The translations under genes and the position numbers were made by a program. Below, piece after piece: positions 23,727-32,000 of a stretch of 32,000 nucleotides of DNA. Source of the stretch: Patescibacteria group bacterium (lineage in GTDB: Bacteria > Patescibacteriota > Patescibacteriia > UBA2591 > UBA6264). The stretch spans positions 60,001 to 92,000 of the forward strand of contig JAQTOB010000002.1 in the NCBI GenBank assembly GCA_028713575.1, written 5' to 3'. Each line of letters begins with the position of its first letter. Positions within the stretch are counted from its first letter, which is position 1. Under the pieces are notes generated by a model. That model saw nothing but the letters and a program-made list of their open reading frames with translations. It made no database searches and was not told where the DNA came from.

Positions 23727-24947
23727 TTACAAGAGATGGTCCTCCGGATTAACGGGCAGGCCGTTTAATCTTATTTCAAAATGCAAATGAGGACCAGTAG
23801 AAAAACTTCCCGCCCCTGGTGTTCCCGGTAATCCTCCGCTCAAAGCAATTACCGTTCCTCGTTTGACATACTCTCCTTCCTGCACTAATATTTTGCTTAC
23901 GTGGCCATAAAGACTGGAAAAAGAATCATTATGAATAATCATAATATAACTGTAGCCCAAACCGCCGTGTTTTGCCCTGGCTACATAACCAGAAGCCGCC
24001 GCTCTTATTGATGTCCCCTGTTTTGCTCTCAAATCAAGGCCTGAATGTTCGCCAATCCAATTTTTATAAGGATAATCAGGGTCATGAAAACGACAAGTAA
24101 TACCTTCTGTCGGCACGGGCCAAGAAAAAACAATTGTCCCCTCTTTTTCTAAAAACTCGGCCTTTTTTTCTTTTTCTTCGGCAATTTTTTCCCTTACTTC
24201 TTTTTCTAAAAAATTAATTTCGTTTTCTATTTGTTTTTGTTCAGTAATTGTTTCAGCTAAAAGACTTTGGAATTTCCACTCCACTCCCCTGGTTTCGTCC
24301 AGGATTGTTTCTTTGGTTTGTTTATTTGCCAATAATTTACTTTTTTCATTGTTAAGTTGCGATTTTAAATCAACCAATGTTTGGAGCTGGACCCTTAAGT
24401 CTTTTTCCTGAATTTCTAATCCTTCTTTAATTAATTCTATTCTTTTTAAAGATTGGGCCAATTCTCCCTGTAAAGTGGATAAATAACGAACATGATTAAA
24501 AACTTCAGAAAGAGAATTTTTAAGAAAAATCATTTCTAATAAATTCTTTTGATCGTATTGGTTGATTGCTTTTAATAATCCTTTTATATCGTCTTTTAAT
24601 ATTTTTTCTTCTTGTTTTTTTTCTAAAATTTTAAATTGGATTTTTTTAACAGAAAGATTAGCAGAAGAAATCTCCATTTCTTTTTCTTGTATTTCTATTT
24701 CTCTTTTCACCATTTGATCAGTTAAAATAGAAATTTGATTTTTTAAATTAACGGCTTCATTTCTTTTAATTTCTATTTTTTCTTGATATATTTTTTTTTG
24801 TGTTTCTAAATCATTAATAATTTTTTGTTGTTCTTCTATTTTTTTTTGAATATCTTCTATTTCTTGAGAATAATCATCAGCCAAAACAAAAACAGGCTGA
24901 AAAAATAAAAATAAAGTAAAGAAAAAAAATAATAATGATTTTTTCAT
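23727..24947 (-). CDS. M23 family peptidase with a long N-terminal coiled coil (EnvC-like architecture, catalytic residues intact)
   Basis: Signal peptide, about 250 aa of heptad-rich sequence, then GEHSGLDLRAKQGTSIRAAASGYV (HxxxD), LYGHVS, GPHLHFEIRLNGLPVNP (HxH). Confidence 0.9.
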   Translation of the reverse strand: MKKSLLFFFFTLFLFFQPVFVLADDYSQEIEDIQKKIEEQQKIINDLETQKKIYQEKIEIKRNEAVNLKNQISILTDQMVKREIEIQEKEMEISSANLSVKKIQFKILEKKQEEKILKDDIKGLLKAINQYDQKNLLEMIFLKNSLSEVFNHVRYLSTLQGELAQSLKRIELIKEGLEIQEKDLRVQLQTLVDLKSQLNNEKSKLLANKQTKETILDETRGVEWKFQSLLAETITEQKQIENEINFLEKEVREKIAEEKEKKAEFLEKEGTIVFSWPVPTEGITCRFHDPDYPYKNWIGEHSGLDLRAKQGTSIRAAASGYVARAKHGGLGYSYIMIIHNDSFSSLYGHVSKILVQEGEYVKRGTVIALSGGLPGTPGAGSFSTGPHLHFEIRLNGLPVNPEDHLL

Positions 24948-26383
24948 TGCCTTGCCCTTTTTATCTTATTAATCGCCAAATCAATTCTTTTTAGAGTTTT
25001 TTCTTGGCCCATAATTTCCGCCATAGCTTCCGGAGGAGGTGAAGATTTTTGCCCGCTTAAACAAACCCGTAAAGGCCAAAATATTTCACCGGTTCCTTTT
25101 TCTTTGGCTAAAATATTTAATTTTTTAAGAATGATTTTCGCCTTAAATTGAAAACAGGGAATTTTTTTTAAAAGAAATTTAATTTTTATTAAATTATCTT
25201 CCGTTTCTTTTGAACTTGTTTTTCCCCAAAATAAAAGACCAGGCTCATACTCCAAATCATCAAGAAAGAAAAAATTCGCTAAATCCCCTATTTGATTAAG
25301 TCTTTTCAGTCTTTCCTGTTCCAAAAAAATAATCTTTTTTATTTTTTTACGATTAATCGGAAAACCAAGTTGATTTAAATAAGGAATACATAATTTAACT
25401 AATTTATTAATCGGCATTTGTCTAAGATAATAACCATTCAGCCAATCTAATTTTTCCCGATTAAAAATAGCGCCTGATTTTTGAATTTTTTCCAAGGAAA
25501 ACTCTTTAATTAATTGCTTTAAATTAAAAATTTCTTGATTATTCCCGGGATTCCAGCCCAAAAGAGCTAAGAAATTGATTAAAGTTTTAGATAAATATCC
25601 TTGGGCTAAATAATCTTCTGCCGCCACATCGCCCTGGCGTTTTGATAATTTTGAGTGGTCAGGGTTGAGTAATAATGGTAAATGAGCAAATTCAGGAATA
25701 GACCAATTAAAAGCTCGATAAATCAGAATGTGTTTGGGTGTAGAGGACAACCATTCTTCCCCTCTAATCACATGAGTAATTCCCATAAAATGGTCGTCAA
25801 CAACATTGGCTAAATGATAAGTCGGCCAGCCGTCTGATTTTAATAAAATTTGGTCATCAATATTCTTTAAATCAAATTCTACATCATTTCGGATTAAATC
25901 TCTAAATTTAATACTCCCTTGGTTTGGCACTTTTAACCTTATCACATAGGGTTGCCCTGAGCGAAGTCGAAGAGATATTTCTTCTTCATTCAAATTTCGA
26001 CATCTGCGGTCATATCGCGGAGCTAATTTATCGGCAATTTGTTTTTGTTTCATTTTTTCTAAAATATCAGGTGAACAAAAACAATAATAAGCGTGGCCAT
26101 CGTCAACCAATTTTTGCGCCAGGCCTTGATAATTACCCATTTTTTGCGATTGAATAAAAGGACCCTTATCCCATGGTAAACCGATTTTCTTTAAGGTTTC
26201 AATCAGGCTTTCCGTAGCGCCTTCAACATAGCGTTGGCGATCCGTATCTTCAATTCTTAAAATAATTTCTCCTTTATTTTTTTTAGCAAAAAGCCAATTG
26301 TATAAATAAGTGCGCAAACCGCCGATATGCAAATAGCCGGTCGGGCTGGGGGCAAATCTTACTTTAATTTTATTCTTTTTCAT
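24944..26383 (-). CDS. gltX: glutamate--tRNA ligase
   Basis: RFAPSPTGYLHIGGLRT (HIGH motif), RIEDTD, KLSKR (KMSKS-type motif). 479 aa. Its stop overlaps the next ATG by 4 nt. Confidence 0.95.
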   Translation of the reverse strand: MKKNKIKVRFAPSPTGYLHIGGLRTYLYNWLFAKKNKGEIILRIEDTDRQRYVEGATESLIETLKKIGLPWDKGPFIQSQKMGNYQGLAQKLVDDGHAYYCFCSPDILEKMKQKQIADKLAPRYDRRCRNLNEEEISLRLRSGQPYVIRLKVPNQGSIKFRDLIRNDVEFDLKNIDDQILLKSDGWPTYHLANVVDDHFMGITHVIRGEEWLSSTPKHILIYRAFNWSIPEFAHLPLLLNPDHSKLSKRQGDVAAEDYLAQGYLSKTLINFLALLGWNPGNNQEIFNLKQLIKEFSLEKIQKSGAIFNREKLDWLNGYYLRQMPINKLVKLCIPYLNQLGFPINRKKIKKIIFLEQERLKRLNQIGDLANFFFLDDLEYEPGLLFWGKTSSKETEDNLIKIKFLLKKIPCFQFKAKIILKKLNILAKEKGTGEIFWPLRVCLSGQKSSPPPEAMAEIMGQEKTLKRIDLAINKIKRARQ

Positions 26384-26399
26384 ATTTTAACATTATTTT

Positions 26400-27254
26400 T
26401 TATTTTGTGCTTTCAATTGTTTGCCAAATTTTTTCAAATTTTTCTTTTTTAATTTTTATCCGCCAAAATATTCTTAACCAAAGATAAAGGCGAAGAAAAT
26501 AAAGTAAAAGAAGTTGGAAATACTCTCTAAACGTTTGAGGATAGGTAAAAAATAATTTGAATCCGAAAAAAATTTCTTGGAAAATATTTCTTTCTTTTTG
26601 ACTTTGTTTTTGCACATAACCGCCAGTGGAACGAGTTTTTTGCCTTAACCAGTCCTGAAGATTATCTGGATATTTCACGTAAACTTCGGCCGTCGGTGCA
26701 TAATTAACTTGATAACCCTTTTTTCTAATTATTTGAGTAATGATTCCATCTTCAGCTAAAACATTTTTCGGTATTTTTCCAATAACATTGCGAATGGCGT
26801 ATAAATAACCGGAACAAGGAAATAAGCCGCCTTTTAGTCGCCACTGATGCGCGGCTTGGGTCAAAAAATGAGACCAAAACCCGAATAAAGTATTTCGTGA
26901 ATTTATGCTAATCGGCCGTCCGCTTACTGCTCCTATTTTATCATTTTTAAAAGATTTTAACAAATCATTTAAAACATTTTCTTTGATTAAAACATCGCCA
27001 TCGGTTAAAATTAAAATTTCTCCTTTTGCCTTTTCAAATCCTAAATTAAGAGCCGAAGGCTTTCCTTTTCCTTTGTCTTTTAAATATTTAATTTGCGGAT
27101 ATTGAAAAAAATTTTTAACAATTTTTTTAGTTCCTTTATCCGGTCCAATTACTAAAATCTCATATTCTTCTTTTAAGTTTTGATTTAAAACCGAATAAAT
27201 TGCCCGAGACAATGTTTTCTCTTCTTGATAAGTGGTAATAATAATAGAAATCAT
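26400..27254 (-). CDS. family 2 glycosyltransferase
   Basis: ISIIITTYQEEKTLSRAIYSVLNQ, ILVIGPD, ILILTDGDVLI (DxD-type) and GAVSGRP are typical of the GT2 fold. C-terminal hydrophobic tail. Confidence 0.85.
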   Translation of the reverse strand: MISIIITTYQEEKTLSRAIYSVLNQNLKEEYEILVIGPDKGTKKIVKNFFQYPQIKYLKDKGKGKPSALNLGFEKAKGEILILTDGDVLIKENVLNDLLKSFKNDKIGAVSGRPISINSRNTLFGFWSHFLTQAAHQWRLKGGLFPCSGYLYAIRNVIGKIPKNVLAEDGIITQIIRKKGYQVNYAPTAEVYVKYPDNLQDWLRQKTRSTGGYVQKQSQKERNIFQEIFFGFKLFFTYPQTFREYFQLLLLYFLRLYLWLRIFWRIKIKKEKFEKIWQTIESTK

Positions 27255-27265
27255 AATTTATCTGT

Positions 27266-27817
27266 TTAAATCCTAAATTCTAAAACTGGAAATTTTTTAA
27301 TAATCGTATAAATCGGACCGCTTATTTTTAGTTCGCTTTTCATTAAATCAATTGAGGTAATAAAAAATTCTTTTTCTTCTATTTTTTGATTTAAAAAAGA
27401 ATCAGATATGCTAATAGATGTTTTTGCCCGACCGAACGTTAAATGCATTTGCCAGGGTCTTTGGTCTATTTTAAGTCCGATTTTTTTTAATTCTTGACCA
27501 ATGTTTTTTTGCAAATCAAATATTTTATGTTCCTCAACTTCTCGGCACTTAAAAAACAATATCCGCGAGAAATGCCCAATTTGCCCGATTTTTAACCTAA
27601 TTTTGTCCGAAATAACCATTTTTCTTAAAATATCTTTGACTTTTTCTATTTCCCTGTTCTCCAATTCGCCCAAAAAATGCAAAGTTAGATGAAGATTTTC
27701 TTTTTTTACCCATTTTATCCCAATTTTTATTTCCTTTTTAATTTCTTTTATTCTTTTTTCTAAAATCTCTTTTACTTCCATGGGCAAATTAACAGCAATA
27801 AAACTTCGTATTTTCAT
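27266..27817 (-). CDS. thpR: RNA 2',3'-cyclic phosphodiesterase (2H phosphoesterase, ThpR/LigT family)
   Basis: Two HxT/S motifs (HLTLHFLG and HLTFGR) at the expected spacing. N-terminal RSFIAV. 183 aa. Confidence 0.88.
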   Translation of the reverse strand: MKIRSFIAVNLPMEVKEILEKRIKEIKKEIKIGIKWVKKENLHLTLHFLGELENREIEKVKDILRKMVISDKIRLKIGQIGHFSRILFFKCREVEEHKIFDLQKNIGQELKKIGLKIDQRPWQMHLTFGRAKTSISISDSFLNQKIEEKEFFITSIDLMKSELKISGPIYTIIKKFPVLEFRI

Positions 27818-27823
27818 AAAATT

Positions 27824-27832
27824 ATTATAACA
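27824..27832 (-). promoter_or_regulatory. extended -10 element (TGtTATAAT) 6 nt upstream of the thpR ATG
   Basis: Minus strand reads TGTTATAAT-AATTTT-ATG. It sits between the upstream RNA terminator and thpR. Confidence 0.4.
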
Positions 27833-27846
27833 TTTTCTAAAATTAA

Positions 27847-27877
27847 AAGTAGTCTGAGATTAAACTCTAGACTACTT
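27847..27877 (-). terminator. intrinsic terminator of the tRNA-like RNA gene (hairpin usable on both strands)
   Basis: AAGTAGTCT-GAG / CTC-(T)-AGACTACTT gives 12 bp with one bulge and a 6-nt loop. Followed on the minus strand by UUAAUUUU. Confidence 0.6.
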
Positions 27878-27884
27878 AATTTTG

Positions 27885-28077
27885 AGGCCCTGGCTGGACT
27901 TTCACCAGCGACCCTCCTTTTTTCAACAAAACAACAATTAAGATATAGTTCCAAGATTTTGAAAAAAAATCCTAATCGTTTTGGTATCATATTACAAGGC
28001 GCTCTTAATTAGCCGGCTCCTTTTTCCGAACAACTAAGTTGGGAAAAGGCACAAAAACGAACTAAGCTATCAGGGCC
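27885..28077 (-). ncRNA. tRNA-like structured RNA: acceptor stem, T-arm, Gly(CCC)-type anticodon loop, and a 119-nt internal hairpin insertion; class unresolved
   Basis: GGCCCUG (28077-28071) pairs with CAGGGCC (27892-27886). T-arm GCUGG-UGAAAGU-CCAGC (27909-27893) abuts it directly and is preceded by GGGUC. 5' AUAGCUUAGUUCG is D-arm-like. CCUU-UUCCCAA (28049-28039) has its AAGG partner at 27919-27916. A terminator follows. See finding. Confidence 0.55.
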
Positions 28078-28143
28078 ATTTGTTTATAATTTTTTCTTTT
28101 TTTATGTTTTTGAAGAACAAATATATTTTAAATTTTTCTTCAT

Positions 28144-28172
28144 TTGTCAAGTTCTCTTTTTTTGTGTAAAAT
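28144..28172 (+). promoter_or_regulatory. candidate promoter of amrS; the -35 region is shared back-to-back with a minus-strand TTGACA
   Basis: TTGTCA (28144-28149), 17-nt spacer, TAAAAT (28167-28172), then 7 nt to the ATG at 28180. The minus strand reads TTGACA at 28150-28145, facing the tRNA-like RNA. Confidence 0.45.
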
Positions 28173-28179
28173 ATGAAAT

Positions 28180-29181
28180 ATGAAAGAGGCGTTACTTTAT
28201 AAAAAACTGAATAACAATGATGTCAAATGCCTTGTTTGTCATCATCAATGTCTGATTTCTCAGGGACAAAGAGGATTATGCGGAGTCAGGGAAAATCAAG
28301 GGGGCAAGTTATACAGTTTAGTTTATAATAAAATTATTGCTTTTCACCTTGACCCGATTGAAAAAAAACCGCTTTTCCATTTTTTACCTAACACTTATTC
28401 TTTATCTGTTGCCACTATGGGTTGTAATTTTTTTTGCCTTCATTGCCAAAATTATGATATTTCTCAAGGACTAAGAAAAAACAAAAAAATTATGGGTGAA
28501 AAAATAAGCCCGAAAAAAACCGTAAGTTTGGCTCTACAATACAAAGTTCCCAGTATTTCCTATACTTATACTGAACCGACGATTTTTCTTGAATACGCCT
28601 TAGAAACAATGAAACTGGCAAAAAAACAAGGGCTAAAAAACGTCTGGGTCAGCAACGGTTATTTTTCATCTCAAACCTTAAAACTTATCACCCCTTATCT
28701 TGACGCCATTAACATTGACCTAAAATTTTTTGATTCTAATTTTTATCAAAAAATCTGCGGAGGCAAACTAAAACCCATTTTAAATAATTTAAAATTATTG
28801 AAAAAATCAAAAATTTGGCTGGAAATAACCACTTTGTTGATTCCCGGATATACCGACAAAAACAAACAATTGGAAGAAATCGCTCTGTTTATAAAAAAAG
28901 AATTAGGAGAAGATGTCCCTTGGCATATTTCCGCTTTTTATCCTGTTTATAAAATGAATAATATATCCCCTACTCCTTTGAGGTTGATTGAAAAGGCCGT
29001 GGACATTGGGCAAAAAACCGGATTAAAATATGTTTACGCCGGCAATTTGAACATTAATGAAGATACTTTTTGTCCTCAATGTCAAAAAAAAGTGATTGAA
29101 CGAAAAAATTATAACATAAAAATTCATCTTAAAAACGATTTTTGCTCTCAATGTGGAAATAAAATTCCCGGCATATTTTAA
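28180..29181 (+). CDS. amrS: AmmeMemoRadiSam system radical SAM enzyme (PflA-like activase fold)
   Basis: N-terminal Cys cluster VKCLVCHHQCLISQGQRGLCGVREN, radical SAM CNFFCLHCQNYDIS (CxxxCxxC), and a C-terminal CPQC...CSQC ribbon. Overall pattern matches the AmrS family. Confidence 0.85.
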   Translation: MKEALLYKKLNNNDVKCLVCHHQCLISQGQRGLCGVRENQGGKLYSLVYNKIIAFHLDPIEKKPLFHFLPNTYSLSVATMGCNFFCLHCQNYDISQGLRKNKKIMGEKISPKKTVSLALQYKVPSISYTYTEPTIFLEYALETMKLAKKQGLKNVWVSNGYFSSQTLKLITPYLDAINIDLKFFDSNFYQKICGGKLKPILNNLKLLKKSKIWLEITTLLIPGYTDKNKQLEEIALFIKKELGEDVPWHISAFYPVYKMNNISPTPLRLIEKAVDIGQKTGLKYVYAGNLNINEDTFCPQCQKKVIERKNYNIKIHLKNDFCSQCGNKIPGIF

Positions 29182-29201
29182 AATTAATTCTTCTAAAAGA
29201 A

Positions 29202-29230
29202 TTGACGATTAAATGTTTTTTTTATATAAT
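29202..29230 (+). promoter_or_regulatory. strong sigma-70-type promoter for clpB
   Basis: TTGACG (29202-29207), 17-nt spacer, TATAAT (29225-29230). Leaves a leader of about 85 nt. Confidence 0.6.
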
Positions 29231-29248
29231 ATAGTAGATAAATCCCAT

Positions 29249-29274
29249 AAAAATCTTTGTGTTAAAAGATTTTT
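29249..29274 (+). promoter_or_regulatory. perfect 10-bp inverted repeat in the clpB leader (candidate operator or RNA hairpin)
   Basis: AAAAATCTTT (29249-29258), N6, AAAGATTTTT (29265-29274). Confidence 0.35.
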
Positions 29275-29319
29275 AATCGGAATATCAAAAAATCAATTTA
29301 TCATATTTTTTATAACAAA

Positions 29320-31929
29320 ATGAATAATTTTACCCTTAAGGCCCAAGAGGCCTTGCAAAATGCCCATAATTTGGCGATGGAGAACGACCAACAACAAGTT
29401 GATGTTTCTCATTTGCTTTTAGCCTTAGTTGAACAAGAGGAAGGCGTTGTTTTGTCTTTATTTAAAAAATTAGAAATTAACATTGAACAATTTAAAGGAA
29501 AATTGATTAAAATAATTCAATCTTTACCCCAAATCAAAAATCTTTCACCGGGCGCGTTGGCAGAAGTCTATATCACTCCCCTATTACAAAAAACAATTTT
29601 ACAAGCCACTAAAGAGGCGGTTCGTTTAAAGGACGAATATGTAAGTACAGAACATTTGCTTTTATCCTTATTAATTATTCCTTCAAATATAAAAAATCTT
29701 TTAAAGGAATTTGGCTTGGATTATGAAAAAATTTTAAAAGTTTTGGCAGAAATAAGGGGTAATGAAAGAATAACAGAAAGAGAACCGGAAGATAAATACC
29801 AAGTTTTAGAAAAATATACCATTAATCTGACCAAAATGGCTCGTCAGGAAAAACTTGATCCAATTATCGGACGGGAAGAAGAAATTAGAAGGATTATTCA
29901 GGTCCTTTGTCGCCGAACCAAAAATAATCCTGTTTTAATCGGCGAAGCCGGAGTGGGGAAAACCGCTATTGTTGAAGGATTAGCTCAAAGAATCGTTGAC
30001 GAAGATGTTCCTGAATCGTTAAAGGCAAAGGAATTGATTTCTCTTGATTTGGGAAGTTTAATTGCCGGCACAAAATTCAGAGGAGAATTTGAGAATCGCT
30101 TGAAAGCGGTTTTAAAAGAAATAAAAAGGTCTGGTAATTATATACTTTTTATTGATGAATTGCACACTTTAGTCGGCGCAGGTAGCGCTGAAGGGTCAAT
30201 TGACGCTTCAAATATGCTAAAACCGGCTTTAGCGCGAGGAGAATTACACTGCATTGGCGCCACCACTTTAAAAGAATATCAAAAATACGTAGAAAAAGAC
30301 GCGGCCTTGGAGCGCCGTTTTCAACCGGTCTATGTAACAGAGCCGTCGGTAAAAGATACAATTGCCATTCTTCGTGGCATCAAAGAAAAATATGAAGTCC
30401 ATCATGGCATTAGAATCACAGACGAAGCCTTAATTGCCGCGGCCAATCTTTCAAAAAGATACATTACTGATCGTTTTTTGCCGGATAAAGCGGTTGACTT
30501 AATGGATGAAGCCGCTTCGGCTTTACGGATGGAAATTGAAAGCCAACCGGAAGAATTAGATAAAATGAAAAGAAAAATGAAAAAATTAGAAATAGAAGTT
30601 ACGGTTTTTAAAAAAGAAAAAAATGAAAAACAATTACAAAAATATAAAAAAGAAATGGCTGATTTAAAAGAAAAAATTCAGGATTTTACTTTGCGCTGGA
30701 AAACGGAAAAAGATATTATTGCGGAAATCCATAAATTAAAAGGTGAAATTGATAGATTCAAACAAGAAGCAGAAATTGCCGAGAGGGAGGCTAATTTGCA
30801 GAAAGTGGCAGAAATCAAACATGGACAAATCCCGGAATGGGAAAGAAAAATTGCCCTTAATCAAAAAAAATTGGCCAAAATTCAAAAAGATTACCGCATT
30901 TTAAGAGAAGAAATTGGAGCAGAAGAGATTGCTCGCGTCGTTTCTCTTTGGACCGGTATTCCTACTATGAAAATGCTGGAAGAAGAAAGTAAAAAATTAG
31001 TTAGGATGGAACAGGAAATACATCAAAGACTAATTAATCAAGAAAAAGCCGTACAGGCCGTAGCCAATGCCATTCGGCGTTCACGTGCTGGTATTGCTGA
31101 AGAAAATCGACCCATTGGCTCATTTATTTTTCTCGGCCCCAGCGGGGTAGGAAAAACAGAATTGGCAAAATCCTTAGCAGAATTTCTTTTTAATGCAGAA
31201 TCCTCTTTGGTGCAATTAGACATGTCGGAATACATGGAAAAACATACAGTTTCAAAAATGATTGGCTCACCGCCGGGTTATGTGGGATACGAAGAAGGCG
31301 GTCAATTAACGGAAATTATCAGGCGTCGGCCATACAGCGTGATTCTTTTTGATGAAATTGAAAAATCTCATCCAGAGGTTTTTAACATTCTTTTACAAAT
31401 TTTAGATAACGGACGATTAACCGACGCAAAGGGCCGAATCGTTAATTTTAAAAATACGGTAATCATTATGACCTCAAATCTCGGCAGCGATCTGATGAAG
31501 GATCATGCGCAAAAAGCAAGTTTTGGTTTTATTTCAGCTGAAGAAAAAAATGGGGCGCAAGAAATTATTGAAGAAAAAATTCATCAAGTTTTAAAGGAAA
31601 CTTTTAAACCAGAATTTCTAAATCGTATTGATGAAATTATAATTTTTAAGCCCTTAAATAAAAATGATATTAAACAAATTATTGAACTTCAATTAAAAAA
31701 AATTTTTGAAAGGTTAAAAGAAAAAAAAATAAATTTAAAAGTTAGTGAAAGAGTTAAAAATTTTATTGCGGAAATCGGTTTTGACCCTCTCTACGGCGCT
31801 CGACCGCTAAAGAGAGTTATTCAGCAACATATTCTTAATCCCTTATCTTTAAAAATCGTCAGCGGGGAAATAAAGTCATCTAAAACATTTAGGGTGGAAA
31901 TAAAAAATAAAAAAATTATTATTATTTAA
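29320..31929 (+). CDS. clpB: ATP-dependent chaperone ClpB
   Basis: Clp N-domain repeats, NBD1 GEAGVGKTA / ILFIDELH, long M-domain coiled coil, NBD2 GPSGVGKTE / [13 protein letters not shown]. 869 aa. Confidence 0.96.
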   Translation: MNNFTLKAQEALQNAHNLAMENDQQQVDVSHLLLALVEQEEGVVLSLFKKLEINIEQFKGKLIKIIQSLPQIKNLSPGALAEVYITPLLQKTILQATKEAVRLKDEYVSTEHLLLSLLIIPSNIKNLLKEFGLDYEKILKVLAEIRGNERITEREPEDKYQVLEKYTINLTKMARQEKLDPIIGREEEIRRIIQVLCRRTKNNPVLIGEAGVGKTAIVEGLAQRIVDEDVPESLKAKELISLDLGSLIAGTKFRGEFENRLKAVLKEIKRSGNYILFIDELHTLVGAGSAEGSIDASNMLKPALARGELHCIGATTLKEYQKYVEKDAALERRFQPVYVTEPSVKDTIAILRGIKEKYEVHHGIRITDEALIAAANLSKRYITDRFLPDKAVDLMDEAASALRMEIESQPEELDKMKRKMKKLEIEVTVFKKEKNEKQLQKYKKEMADLKEKIQDFTLRWKTEKDIIAEIHKLKGEIDRFKQEAEIAEREANLQKVAEIKHGQIPEWERKIALNQKKLAKIQKDYRILREEIGAEEIARVVSLWTGIPTMKMLEEESKKLVRMEQEIHQRLINQEKAVQAVANAIRRSRAGIAEENRPIGSFIFLGPSGVGKTELAKSLAEFLFNAESSLVQLDMSEYMEKHTVSKMIGSPPGYVGYEEGGQLTEIIRRRPYSVILFDEIEKSHPEVFNILLQILDNGRLTDAKGRIVNFKNTVIIMTSNLGSDLMKDHAQKASFGFISAEEKNGAQEIIEEKIHQVLKETFKPEFLNRIDEIIIFKPLNKNDIKQIIELQLKKIFERLKEKKINLKVSERVKNFIAEIGFDPLYGARPLKRVIQQHILNPLSLKIVSGEIKSSKTFRVEIKNKKIIII

Positions 31930-31930
31930 C

Positions 31931-32000
31931 ATGAATCCCGTTCTTTTCAAATCTCAAAATATTTCTAAAAAACAAATTTCTTTCAGTTGTTCCAAATTTA
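31931..32000 (+). CDS. start of an unidentified ORF running off the window (MNPVLFKSQNISKKQISFSCSKF...)
   Basis: ATG 1 nt after the clpB stop, open to the window end. Too short to classify. Confidence 0.25.
   Translation, partial: MNPVLFKSQNISKKQISFSCSKF

Noticed and set aside
27893-27912. GGUGAAAGUCC resembles the RNase P CR-I motif (GAGGAAAGUCC) and cobalamin-riboswitch B12-box neighbours.
   Set aside because: - The element is at the 3' end of a ~190-nt RNA that lacks every other RNase P or cobalamin riboswitch conserved helix.
- It is better explained as a T-arm-like hairpin.
- No downstream regulated gene fits a riboswitch, because a terminator follows.
27885-28077. tmRNA (ssrA) interpretation of the tRNA-like RNA. 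The 5' GGCCCUGAU..UUCG and the 3' T-arm plus acceptor resemble the tmRNA tRNA-like domain, and a P2-like long-range helix exists.
   Set aside because: - Position 3-70 is C-G rather than the universal G-U alanine identity pair.
- The molecule is only about 190 nt with no obvious pseudoknots.
- The only internal frame ending in a stop encodes a basic peptide (LFGKRSRLIKSAL) unlike hydrophobic ...LAA-type tags.

It is kept only as a low-probability alternative.
29182-29319. Known heat-shock operators (CIRCE, HAIR, CtsR box) upstream of clpB.
   Set aside because: None of the consensus sequences is present on direct inspection. Only the novel palindromes reported in the findings are seen.
1-32000. 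Alternative genetic code (UGA recoded, as in some CPR lineages).
   Set aside because: Conserved genes are full length under code 11, and TGA terminates rarA at the expected C-terminus (11636-11638, overlapping the next ATG). There are no in-frame TGA interruptions of conserved domains.

Overview
Strongly AT-rich, gene-dense bacterial chromosomal segment with short or overlapping intergenic gaps. It uses the standard code: TGA acts as a stop, for example the rarA stop overlaps the next start as ATGA. The gene content looks like a Candidate Phyla Radiation / Patescibacteria-type genome (inference only). This rests on small lysine-rich proteins, type IV pilus parts, a Gmad2/GerMN protein, a DUF5679-type zinc ribbon, a superoxide reductase, and no respiratory or biosynthetic operons.

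Plus strand, left to right:
- ZIP metal transporter (partial).
- A hypothetical protein, then an ECF sigma factor, putative anti-sigma, a small membrane-anchored protein, and a MacAB/YknXYZ-like efflux pump whose adaptor is unusually long.
- Desulfoferrodoxin, a divergent A24-like membrane protein, ychF, a Gmad2/GerMN protein, rarA, and an AlkD-like DNA alkylation repair protein.
- A promoter-driven 34-aa sORF and a repeat-containing secreted protein.
- Sensor kinase, CheY-like regulator, PilM-PilN-SH3 fusion, atypical pilin, then truB.
- M23 peptidase, zinc-ribbon sORF, mgtE, ddl, ftsQ.

A convergent minus-strand operon follows: thpR, a GT2 glycosyltransferase, gltX, an EnvC-like M23 peptidase and two small membrane proteins. 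After it come amrS (radical SAM) and clpB on the plus strand.

No rRNA, canonical tRNA, CRISPR array or mobile element was seen.

The most interesting signal is an unannotated structured tRNA-like RNA (minus strand, about 28077-27885). It has a perfect acceptor stem plus T-arm, a Gly(CCC)-type anticodon loop interrupted by a 119-nt hairpin-forming insertion, and its own terminator. It lies directly upstream of the RNA 2',3'-cyclic phosphodiesterase/ligase-family gene thpR.

Secondary leads:
- A two-component-linked minimal pilus module (PilM-PilN-SH3 fusion plus a pilin with a non-canonical processing site).
- An ECF-sigma-linked efflux module.
- Recurrent leaderless promoter geometry.
- A 21-nt leader shared by two unrelated genes.
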